Origin: an uncultured virus (IMG/VR IMGVR_UViG_3300042887_002641)
Lineage: Duplodnaviria > Heunggongvirae > Uroviricota > Caudoviricetes
Strand: one strand, 5' to 3'
DNA: 20,000 nt
IMG/VR virus record: IMGVR_UViG_3300042887_002641
Location: 54,913 to 74,912 of that record
Shown: in pieces, positions 1 through 8,034 of the stretch
Position numbering within the stretch: position 1 is the first letter of the stretch
Layout: each line of letters starts with the position of its first letter
Position numbers and translations under genes: made by a program
The notes under the pieces: generated by a model
What the model was told of the DNA's origin: nothing
Seen by the model: only the letters and a program-made list of their open reading frames with translations
Database searches by the model: none

Positions 1-2447
1 AACTGATTACTTCTATGAATTAGAGTATAATTTCCGTCTCCAATGCTTCCTAGTTTAATAAAGAAATCGCAATAAAAACTGCAAAATCCTTGATCTTTTA
101 AAGAAAAGTTTTGTGGGGTTTTCCAATTTTTCCAATATCTCTGAGGTATTAAATCAAATTCATAATAATCCGAAGTAGCCAAACTGCCTCCAGCATAACT
201 ATAAGCCTTTGTTCTTTGTCCATTGGCGCATAGAGTTTTAAGAGGCATCTTCAAATAAGTGTTTGATGCTACATTAAGAACGTTTGTATTATATGATCCA
301 GCTACAGATGTAGAGTAAGATAGATTGCTAGAAATTAGATTCCATTTTTTATTTAACCAATTTCTTATCTTGATTCCATCTGATTTTGATAAAGCTTTAT
401 TGTAAACCAATATTTCAAAAACAGTGCATCTACTTGTACTCGCTGAAGAATTAATAGCTAAACCTTTTGGAGCAGCTACTGCATTTATAGGTCTTACAAA
501 GTAGTTAGTATTTTGCCAGAAAATATTTACATCTTTTAAATTGCTTACGCTTGTTCCTACGATATAGGTATTTGTATCATTGGCATCATTCCAATAATTA
601 GAACGGTTGAATTGATAAAAATTAACAGGCATTACTCCATAGATTTGACTACCTACTGTAAAAGCATTATTAAATTTACCATCAAACCCCAAAACAAAAG
701 TATTTTCCAAACTATAAGAAGAAATTATCCTATTCCTTTCTGTGTTGGTTGCGCTGTCGTGCCATTTACAGACAGCAAATACAGTATAGTTATTACTAGC
801 GTCAGCTAATGGACTTGTTTCGGTTTGGTAAACGAATCTTGCTTTCTGAGTGGTCGTAAATGAAACACCATAAGTTCCATTCGGGCTTTGCTCTGAATAT
901 GTTGATCCGTATGTTGGCTTGTTAGCACTTCCATTTGGAGATGCGTAAGTTCCATTTCCTAAAACGCATTTTATAGTTGATCCAGCTACAGTATTGGGCC
1001 AATTAGTTACTGATCCTGTTGAAGTGGTTAAAGAAGCATTACTTGCGTCAAACTGAGCAATTAGTCCATCTGTAATTGGAGGGTTAACATTGTCTGAATT
1101 TGTATATACGTTATTTTCTCCAACAAAGAAATCTGTTGTAATTACTTTATCAGTCTTAGCGAATGAATTAGTGGCTGTAATTGAAAGCGGAGTCGTATTT
1201 CCATAGGTTTTTGTTATTGGATCATAATTAGCAGGAACCTTAACCTTTAATAGTTTAACATCATAAGATCTTTCTGGAATCTTTGAGAAATAGGCAGCAT
1301 TAAACTTAGAAGTTACAATAGCAGAATTCGTATATCTAAACGAAGAAGAATATATTTCAGTAATGCTTTCTAGATTTATAAAAGAAGCTCTTGAAGAATA
1401 AGTGTCTTCTGGAGTAATCTTTAATACTGATATATCCCAACCTAACCAATTTTCATTTTCGTTCAATGATAGAAACTTGGAAGAGGTGTCAAAAATAATT
1501 TGTTTAGAATATCCTTGAGTAATTTTTCCTTTCGACTCTAGTTCGAATATTTGAGGGAAAGTGTCCACTGTGACAGCTAAGTCTTTAGAATCATCAATTA
1601 CTTTGGCTTTGTCTGAAATTAGATCAAGTACTGCGGAGTTGCTATTATAGCCTTCTTTGTAAATTGGCGAAATTCTAATTCTTATTTTAAAGTTATGACG
1701 GATTACAGAACCCACCCCAGCATCTAATGTTTGTCCATTAGTTAATTCAACATCTCTACTTGCTGGATCTAATGTAAATGTGCTGCTGCTTTGATTGGCA
1801 CTTGTTACTCCTTCTATTTTTAAAGTGCCTTCTGATATTGGTTTTAAATCCTGATATTTTAAACTGACATAAAGAGAAGAAATTCTAAAATTAAGAGAAA
1901 TCTTTTTGCATTCCCTGTTTAAAATGCGATAAGTTCTTTGATAATCAAGAGTTTCATCTTCAGTTGAAGCTAGTAGATTTGGACCTCTAAGTCTCTCTCC
2001 TATTGAGCGGATATAAGAAACATTGTCAAACTCTCCTCCAGATGAAGTCCCTTCTGGGGTTCCATTAGTTGCTTGAATGTTTATTTGCTGGAAGTTGTAT
2101 TTATCTTGGCTGTCTAAAAGAGGGGTTTGATTCCATTGAACTGATCTTAAATATTTTGATTCTCCATCGCTACCCACAACTGATGGGTATTCATTATAAG
2201 TAACTTTTTTAAATCCTAGGTCTCCAACTTGACCTGAAAAGCTATATTGTCCCTCAAGAAGACCTTCAATTGGTCCCTCTGACAAAAGATCTTTTACTTT
2301 AGCAAATTGGTATACGTTATAAGTAAGTCCATCATATACAAATCCTTCAGCATCTTCATATGCAGCAGTTGGCGTTGGGGCTGCACTTGCTCCACCTCCA
2401 CCTCCACCAAAACCTTTTATGTATTTAAAATCTTCAAGATTGTTCAT
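1..2447 (-). CDS. Tail tip/central tail fibre protein, lambda gpJ (TipJ)-like; 3' end beyond the window (>815 aa); internal LamG-like domain
   Basis: Not in the ORF track. Translated by hand from ATG at 2447 (MNNLEDFKYIKGFGGGGGG...) and still in frame at position 3 (...LIHRSNQ). Contains gpJ motifs DLLSEGPIEGL, WNQTPL, FSKIPERSYDVKLLKVKVPANYDPITKTY. Lies directly downstream of the gpI-like gene. Confidence 0.9.
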   Translation of the reverse strand, partial: MNNLEDFKYIKGFGGGGGGASAAPTPTAAYEDAEGFVYDGLTYNVYQFAKVKDLLSEGPIEGLLEGQYSFSGQVGDLGFKKVTYNEYPSVVGSDGESKYLRSVQWNQTPLLDSQDKYNFQQINIQATNGTPEGTSSGGEFDNVSYIRSIGERLRGPNLLASTEDETLDYQRTYRILNRECKKISLNFRISSLYVSLKYQDLKPISEGTLKIEGVTSANQSSSTFTLDPASRDVELTNGQTLDAGVGSVIRHNFKIRIRISPIYKEGYNSNSAVLDLISDKAKVIDDSKDLAVTVDTFPQIFELESKGKITQGYSKQIIFDTSSKFLSLNENENWLGWDISVLKITPEDTYSSRASFINLESITEIYSSSFRYTNSAIVTSKFNAAYFSKIPERSYDVKLLKVKVPANYDPITKTYGNTTPLSITATNSFAKTDKVITTDFFVGENNVYTNSDNVNPPITDGLIAQFDASNASLTTSTGSVTNWPNTVAGSTIKCVLGNGTYASPNGSANKPTYGSTYSEQSPNGTYGVSFTTTQKARFVYQTETSPLADASNNYTVFAVCKWHDSATNTERNRIISSYSLENTFVLGFDGKFNNAFTVGSQIYGVMPVNFYQFNRSNYWNDANDTNTYIVGTSVSNLKDVNIFWQNTNYFVRPINAVAAPKGLAINSSASTSRCTVFEILVYNKALSKSDGIKIRNWLNKKWNLISSNLSYSTSVAGSYNTNVLNVASNTYLKMPLKTLCANGQRTKAYSYAGGSLATSDYYEFDLIPQRYWKNWKTPQNFSLKDQGFCSFYCDFFIKLGSIGDGNYTLIHRSNQ

Positions 2448-2448
2448 T

Positions 2449-3174
2449 TTATATATTATTTATTTGAGCTTTTACGTCTGCTGCCGTTGATTTATTATCT
2501 AACTCAATGTTATTGACAGATACTTCAACTGTCTGAGATCCTATTTTCATTCTACCGTAACCAATTGGAACTGGACCGCCTTCTCCAAGAATGTTAGAAG
2601 GTCCATCAAATAAGTAGTTTGGCTTGCTGCCGTCTTCTTGTATTTTTCTAAAATCATCAAATTTTGGAGGCGACATCATTAATAATGTAATACCTGTTAC
2701 AGCTAATCCTATACCTGCTCCAATCATCGCTCCTGCAATCGTTGCGCTTGTTGTAGAACCAGCAACAAAGCCTAATGCAGCAGGTGCAAAAACGCCTGTA
2801 GCTATTAACAAAACGCCAAGAACTAAAGCTAAGACTCCTTTGGTTGTATTGTTTCCGCCTCCCCCACCAGCACCCCTAATAATTGGAACGATATCTAAGG
2901 TTTCTAGCTTTTCATTAATCATTACTAATTCAGAATTGAGAATAGAGTCTGGTTTTTCTAGAGAAATATTTTCTGGATTCATTATTTCTCTCTTATTAAC
3001 AAGCACTTTGTACTCTACGCTTTTTTCTGCTGCTCCTATTAGATATTTTAAGAGCTTGCCTTTAGACAAGACCTGAATAGCTCGCAATGCTTCCTTTATG
3101 GAATTTACTTTTAAATTCCAACTTTCTCTTCCTACTTGTTCTGCTATTTCTCCGTGTAAGGTAATACTAGTCAT
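2449..3174 (-). CDS. Tail assembly protein I (lambda gpI-like): N-terminal ubiquitin-like domain, hydrophobic segments
   Basis: ITLHGEIAEQVGRESWNLKVNSIKEALRAI start; IVPIIRGAGGGGG at the end of the Ubl domain; Gly/Ala-rich hydrophobic stretch; C-terminal YLFDGPSN...GGPVPIGYG; position between K and J. Confidence 0.92.
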   Translation of the reverse strand: MTSITLHGEIAEQVGRESWNLKVNSIKEALRAIQVLSKGKLLKYLIGAAEKSVEYKVLVNKREIMNPENISLEKPDSILNSELVMINEKLETLDIVPIIRGAGGGGGNNTTKGVLALVLGVLLIATGVFAPAALGFVAGSTTSATIAGAMIGAGIGLAVTGITLLMMSPPKFDDFRKIQEDGSKPNYLFDGPSNILGEGGPVPIGYGRMKIGSQTVEVSVNNIELDNKSTAADVKAQINNI

Positions 3175-3913
3175 AAAGGTGATGTCTCATTATATAAATT
3201 ACCCATTTTTTGTATTGGTTAGAAAGCTTTTCGGTAAGAGAACGCTTATTTCCGGGATGATGCAAAATAGTGTCTTCTCCAATATAAACAGCGCAGTGTA
3301 TTGGAAAATTATAAGCTTTTGTTCTCATTATTAGAACATCATTCTTTTTAAAATCAAAAACTTCTTTAAATCCGTTATATTCAAAATACCTTTTTAAGTA
3401 ATTATCTTTTTCTTTTAATGCTCCTTCTTCGTCTATAAATCTCTTGGTCGAGACCTCGTTATATTCTTCTTCAGATACAGATTCTTTTAGAACTTCTAAT
3501 TCTGGGCATAGATGGATATTTAAATCGTGACAGAAATAATCTTTTACTAGCCAAAGGCAATCAGCAAATCCTAAAAGGAAAGGTCTTTTAGTGTATTGGA
3601 TTTTGTATCCATTGGGATAATAGTTATGGAAAGTTCCGCTCTGTTTATTGTAAACTATACAAGGTAAACCTAGTCTTTCCGAAACAATTATATCTGCATC
3701 AGAAATAGAATCAAAATTAATATGAGAATGATAATAAGCCGCAAAATTAGATTGGCTATAAATATCCATCGCAAATTCAGTAGCTGAATTAATAAGGTTA
3801 TCTTTCTTTTGTACCTCTAGTCCGTTATCTGTATGTACTAAAACGCCACATACTTCATTATTAGAAGTATTAGCGTGTTCTATGATTTTATTTTTAAGCT
3901 CTTCTGTTAGCAT
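3167..3913 (-). CDS. Tail assembly protein K (JAB/MPN + NlpC/P60), copy 2
   Basis: JAB residues EVCG...YHSH-x6-S-xx-D; NlpC/P60 residues FLLGFADC...HCAVYIG...ILHH. Confidence 0.9.
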   Translation of the reverse strand: MLTEELKNKIIEHANTSNNEVCGVLVHTDNGLEVQKKDNLINSATEFAMDIYSQSNFAAYYHSHINFDSISDADIIVSERLGLPCIVYNKQSGTFHNYYPNGYKIQYTKRPFLLGFADCLWLVKDYFCHDLNIHLCPELEVLKESVSEEEYNEVSTKRFIDEEGALKEKDNYLKRYFEYNGFKEVFDFKKNDVLIMRTKAYNFPIHCAVYIGEDTILHHPGNKRSLTEKLSNQYKKWVIYIMRHHLYD

Positions 3914-4665
3914 AATTGTTTACTCCTTGCAAAACAATAGATTCTTCTCTTCTCTGCGTCTGTTAGTTTTTCTATTACTGACTTTTTATTTCTTGGTTGA
4001 TGTAGGATATAACCTTGTTCAAGGTAAATACCAAAATGAGAAGGATAGTTATCTAAATACTTGAACACAATAATATCATGTTTTTTAGCGTTTTCTATAC
4101 CTTCTATTTTAATGAAGTTTTCTTTTTCAAAAAACTTATCAAAGTCCTCTGATTCACAAAACGCGATCAACTTGTTTTTAACAAATTCTGGATAGTTTTT
4201 GTCCCAATCTGCGCCTCTTTCGTAATGAAAAATTTTAACTCCAAATTCTTCGTTATAGTAATTTTCTACTATTGATAAACAGTCAGATTGATTTATAACA
4301 AAGTTTTTATTTATGTATTTATTATAGTAGTTTTCTGGAGAATATTCTTCAAAAGAGTCTTTTTTTAGTATATATACTACATTCTTTAGATTAAGTTTAT
4401 GGCTTATTTGTTTGTCTAGTTCTGAAAAAGAGTTATCTTGTATGCAGTGTGAATGATAAATTCCAGTAATTCTGCCATTCATCGTTGCTTTCAAGTAGTC
4501 CATTTGACATACAATGAATTCGTTTTCTTTATCTTGGGCAACATTCCTGCATGGAAATGCTTCTAGGATATTTTTTCTATTCAGCACTAAAAGACCGCAG
4601 CATTCTTCAGGATTTTCCTTTAGTGCGTGTTCTTTTATTTTTGCTTTTATTTCATCCGAAACCAT
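3907..4665 (-). CDS. Tail assembly protein K (JAB/MPN + NlpC/P60), copy 1
   Basis: PEECCG...PCRN...YHSH-x7-S-xx-D; SDC...HFGIYL...ILHQ. Confidence 0.92.
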   Translation of the reverse strand: MVSDEIKAKIKEHALKENPEECCGLLVLNRKNILEAFPCRNVAQDKENEFIVCQMDYLKATMNGRITGIYHSHCIQDNSFSELDKQISHKLNLKNVVYILKKDSFEEYSPENYYNKYINKNFVINQSDCLSIVENYYNEEFGVKIFHYERGADWDKNYPEFVKNKLIAFCESEDFDKFFEKENFIKIEGIENAKKHDIIVFKYLDNYPSHFGIYLEQGYILHQPRNKKSVIEKLTDAEKRRIYCFARSKQLC

Positions 4666-5786
4666 TACAATGCTCCTCTATTGTAATTAGATACTCCATA
4701 GAATCCGCCAAAAGGTAAAGCATTTTCTCCAAATCTAATCTTACATCCTTTTATACTCTTAGAGCATTGGTCAGCTATCCAGTATTGTCCATTTGGAGGT
4801 GGGATATTCATGGGAACGTTTGTCTTGGCAACAAAATAGAAATTAATATTTTTCTTATTAATAACTACTACGTCGCCTTTGTTATAAGTTGTTGAGAGTT
4901 TCCAAGATTCTATTTTATTAGTTCCTACTGTTGTGCCAGAAAAGATTGGCATCTTTGAGATTATTTGATCATCTTCAGTGGCGCAAACAGGAGCTTTTTC
5001 TCCAGTAGAATCGCTTTTATTTGGTATTGGAGTTATAGTGCCATGAGTATCTTCAGTTAGTTTTTCTTTATATTCATAGAGACAGCCTTCTCCTCTATAT
5101 TGCCAAGGACAAATATAACTTAATACTCTTCGTTTAGGGAGTTTAGCTCTGTCTAGATCTATAGCACTTGATAGTTCAAATTGAATACTATTTTTGTTTT
5201 CAGAAGATTTTCTATCAAAATAATAAATATCCCTAGGAAACTCGCAATTAGGATCAGGATCAAATCCTTCTGGTATTATAAGTCTATCTGGCGACAGAGG
5301 AGAGGTTCCGTCGTTTTGATAGAAATTTGATCTGTCAAGAAATTTAGCAAATGTTCTAATTCTAGTAAACTTAGCTCCAATTAAATCTCCAAAATTAACA
5401 GTTCCTCTAAATAAGCTAAACACATCAAGCATATCATCAGAAAAACTGATCTGAACTTTAGGCTTAGGAAATACGCCTCTTGAAGCTATTTCAAAACCCT
5501 CTGTAGAAAGCGGAGCAGGTAGATACGCATTTCCTTTCCAGTAAATGATGTTTCTTCCGAGCTTTAAATTATTATGAAGGCGAATTACCCTATAATTAAA
5601 AACACCAGTTTCTGCTCCCGGCAATGATATTTGAAAATTCTTAATGTTAACTACAAACTGAGAAGCAGTATCAAATCCAATTTCAGTTAAGTCTACTTCA
5701 AATAAAGAAATTATCGAAGAAGGCTCAAGAGAAAAGAACTCTCTGTTTACTTTTAAAGATGAATCTTTGTCTTGTTGAGTAGCCAT
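4665..5786 (-). CDS. Minor tail protein L (lambda gpL-like), C-terminal four-Cys Fe-S motif
   Basis: IISLFEVDL; IYWKGNAYLPAP..EGFE; DLIGAKFTRIRTFAKFLD; FELSSAID; CPWQYRGEGC...DQCSKSIKGCKIRFG...PFGGF. Confidence 0.93.
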   Translation of the reverse strand: MATQQDKDSSLKVNREFFSLEPSSIISLFEVDLTEIGFDTASQFVVNIKNFQISLPGAETGVFNYRVIRLHNNLKLGRNIIYWKGNAYLPAPLSTEGFEIASRGVFPKPKVQISFSDDMLDVFSLFRGTVNFGDLIGAKFTRIRTFAKFLDRSNFYQNDGTSPLSPDRLIIPEGFDPDPNCEFPRDIYYFDRKSSENKNSIQFELSSAIDLDRAKLPKRRVLSYICPWQYRGEGCLYEYKEKLTEDTHGTITPIPNKSDSTGEKAPVCATEDDQIISKMPIFSGTTVGTNKIESWKLSTTYNKGDVVVINKKNINFYFVAKTNVPMNIPPPNGQYWIADQCSKSIKGCKIRFGENALPFGGFYGVSNYNRGAL

Positions 5787-5790
5787 AGGA

Positions 5791-6345
5791 TTATGCTGGT
5801 ACTTCTTCGAACGTAGCCTTTATGGAAAAGTTATTAAAAAATGGATTAGATGAACTCCATCTTCTACAAACAAATAGCTTGGCATCAGTTGATGCAACTG
5901 AATAAGGCGCAGATGGGTAGTAAATGAAAGCTGTTTTCGCAGATCTAGCACTTAAAAAGTGCAGTATTGCAGTACATTCATCTAGAGTTAATCCATCAAA
6001 GTTTAATTCAAAATTAAGAAGATTAAAGTTTATTTGATCGCTAACTCTCTTTTCGTATCCATCTCCATATTTTATTACATTAACTTTGGGATCAAAATTT
6101 GCTTGAGTTTGATAAGAAGGCTTCCAAATAAACAAAGGGTAGTCTTTCTTGACGACTGGGTGTTGAAAATATCCTCCCCAGTAAGCATCAGTATTAGAGA
6201 TTACATTAGAATAGACTGGAGGATTATTTGTGGGTACGCCAGCTTTGGCATAATAGTATCGATTATCTGTATACACAATAATGTCATGCTTATTGTATGC
6301 GACAGAATTGCTCCATGAGCTAATATTAAAAATTGAACTAGACAT
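5791..6345 (-). CDS. Minor tail protein M (lambda gpM / distal-tail-like) with N-terminal CBM5/12-like extension
   Basis: FIWKPSY...PKVNVIKYGDGYEKRVSDQIN...ILHFL...AFIYYP...FVCRRW...IKATFEEV matches the gpM pattern; lies upstream of L. Confidence 0.88.
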   Translation of the reverse strand: MSSSIFNISSWSNSVAYNKHDIIVYTDNRYYYAKAGVPTNNPPVYSNVISNTDAYWGGYFQHPVVKKDYPLFIWKPSYQTQANFDPKVNVIKYGDGYEKRVSDQINFNLLNFELNFDGLTLDECTAILHFLSARSAKTAFIYYPSAPYSVASTDAKLFVCRRWSSSNPFFNNFSIKATFEEVPA

Positions 6346-6365
6346 ACCTTTTACCTTTTACCAAC

Positions 6366-6396
6366 TTATTATTACACTTTTTTGTGTAAATAATAA
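6366..6396. promoter_or_regulatory. Inverted repeat, candidate back-to-back phage (late) promoters GTGTAA(A)TAATAA
   Basis: TTATTATTACAC (6366-6377; reverse complement GTGTAATAATAA), then T6, then GTGTAAATAATAA (6384-6396), in the 57-bp spacer between two divergent structural operons. Confidence 0.6.
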
Positions 6397-6402
6397 AATA
6401 AG

Positions 6403-7221
6403 ATGGCATTATCTCGACTAAATAAGCAGAACTTGGATTTTTACTTGAATCAAAGCCAAGTTCATGGCGTTCAGGAGATTCAGGCTTCCTATCAAATGCC
6501 AGTTCAACATACCAAATATCTTGGTATGAATAGCAGCTTTTACACTCCAGAAGGAGCAAAGGCTGCTAATTTGTCTGTGACTAGTTTATTAACAACGTCC
6601 AATGATTTTCTTGGTTGCACAGGGGAAGCTGGAAATTATGGCTTCGTAACCAAGAAGGCTAATCCTAGTTCTAATATCCTATTTGGATTTCAAAGTGGAT
6701 ATTTAACTTCTTATACTTGCGGTGCCCAAATCGGAGAAATTCCTACTGTTAGAGCAGATTTTCAAATTTTTAATGATGCTGGTTCAATTTCTTCGGCGGG
6801 TTCTTTTAATCAAACTAGCTCAACAGCATTGGTAAACTCAAACACTATTGATATAGGAATAAATGATTTCACAACAAATAGAGTCAATTCTTTCAATTTA
6901 AGCATAGCAGTTAATAGAAATCCCGCCTATTACTTAGGCTCTTCCACTCCTTTTTCTGTTAAAAGTATTTACCCTCTTGAAGTGAGTTGTGATTTTAATA
7001 TAGCTCAAGACAACTATGTGCTTCAAAAGCTGTCTGATTTGTCTTATAACTTGAAGAATATAAGTAATTTTTATATTAACACTAAAGATTTTAATGGTAA
7101 TTCAGTAAACTTTAATTTTGGAAGTTCGTTATGTTATTTCATTGACGTTTCCGAAGACTTCTCTGCTAGTGTAAATTCTCCTGTAGGAATAACGGTAAGG
7201 TACAGGGGCTATCTGAAATAA
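6403..7221 (+). CDS. Putative tail-tube-fold virion protein, paralog 1 (internally duplicated)
   Basis: Beta-rich, with two similar halves (GVQEIQASY..PVQHTKYLG / RVNSFNLSIAVNRNPAYYLG). Shares FQSGY[LV]TSY with 8035..9114. Confidence 0.55.
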   Translation: MALSRLNKQNLDFYLNQSQVHGVQEIQASYQMPVQHTKYLGMNSSFYTPEGAKAANLSVTSLLTTSNDFLGCTGEAGNYGFVTKKANPSSNILFGFQSGYLTSYTCGAQIGEIPTVRADFQIFNDAGSISSAGSFNQTSSTALVNSNTIDIGINDFTTNRVNSFNLSIAVNRNPAYYLGSSTPFSVKSIYPLEVSCDFNIAQDNYVLQKLSDLSYNLKNISNFYINTKDFNGNSVNFNFGSSLCYFIDVSEDFSASVNSPVGITVRYRGYLK

Positions 7222-7230
7222 GGCAAAAGG

Positions 7231-8034
7231 ATGAAATATTTTAATGAGTGTGAAGTAATATTTAATTCGCGTTTTGGGTCAGGACTAGTTCTGGCTCAGA
7301 ATACTTCTATTGGAGTAAATAGAAACATAAATTCTACTTATGTAATCGGAAGACAAAACTCGTCTCAGATGTTTAAAACTAAAGCAGATGAGACTAATAT
7401 TGAGTTTACTTATTTTCCAAACATCTCTGATCCTATATATAAATGTTTCGATTACATAAAAACAGGAATTTTTACTGGTAGCTTTCCTGAAGCAGTTGTT
7501 CCTGTTCAGGTTGTTTTGGCAGGGGTAAGTGGGTCTTTTTATCCTTCTAGATATTCATTGACAGTAAATCCTAATTCAAAAGTACAAGCTTCTGTTTCTC
7601 TTTCTAGTTTTTCTAATCTTTCTGGAAGTATTAATGACAAAACTGCAATTAATAATTTAGCCAGCGGATCAGGCATAGCTCATTCGTGGAATGCTAAAGT
7701 CTCAGGAACAGCCGCTCTTTATAATGTTTTAGACTTCAACTACGGCATCTCTATCAACTGGAATCCAATTTATTCAGTCGGTCAACAAAGACCAAGACAA
7801 GTTGATTTGTCCGCTGGAGAAGAAACGTTTGATTTTACTGTAGAAAATTTTAATTCAAATTTCTCTAACGCAGACTTATCAACAGCAGAAAACGCCAAGA
7901 TAAACATAACTACTTTTGGCGATCAATCAATAATGATTATCAACACTTCAGGAAGTAAGATTGACTCTTCCAATCTATCAATTAATATTGACGATTTCGC
8001 TAAAAATAAAATATCATTAAAAAGGAGTTTCTAA
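7231..8034 (+). CDS. Putative tail-tube-fold virion protein, paralog 2
   Basis: Halves LAQNTSIGVNRNINSTYVIG / VLDFNYGISINWNPIYSVG; similar size and strand pattern to its neighbours. Confidence 0.5.
   Translation: MKYFNECEVIFNSRFGSGLVLAQNTSIGVNRNINSTYVIGRQNSSQMFKTKADETNIEFTYFPNISDPIYKCFDYIKTGIFTGSFPEAVVPVQVVLAGVSGSFYPSRYSLTVNPNSKVQASVSLSSFSNLSGSINDKTAINNLASGSGIAHSWNAKVSGTAALYNVLDFNYGISINWNPIYSVGQQRPRQVDLSAGEETFDFTVENFNSNFSNADLSTAENAKINITTFGDQSIMIINTSGSKIDSSNLSINIDDFAKNKISLKRSF

Noticed and set aside
2391..2410. CCA/CCT short tandem repeat (also at about 2854-2868)
   Set aside because: Simply encodes the poly-Gly tracts; not a DNA-level repeat element.
1..2447. Apparent 2.4-kb non-coding gap in the ORF track
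   Set aside because: It is the 5' part of the gpJ-like gene, whose stop lies outside the window.
612..4064. Plus-strand ORFs 612..809, 2307..2516, 2624..3076, 3098..3334, 3882..4064
   Set aside because: Antisense shadows of the well-supported J, I and K genes; no recognisable motifs.
2449..4665. JAB + ubiquitin-like genes as a stand-alone bacterial ubiquitination or defence operon
   Set aside because: No E1/E2 genes are present, and the M-L-K-I-J synteny explains them as tail assembly proteins.
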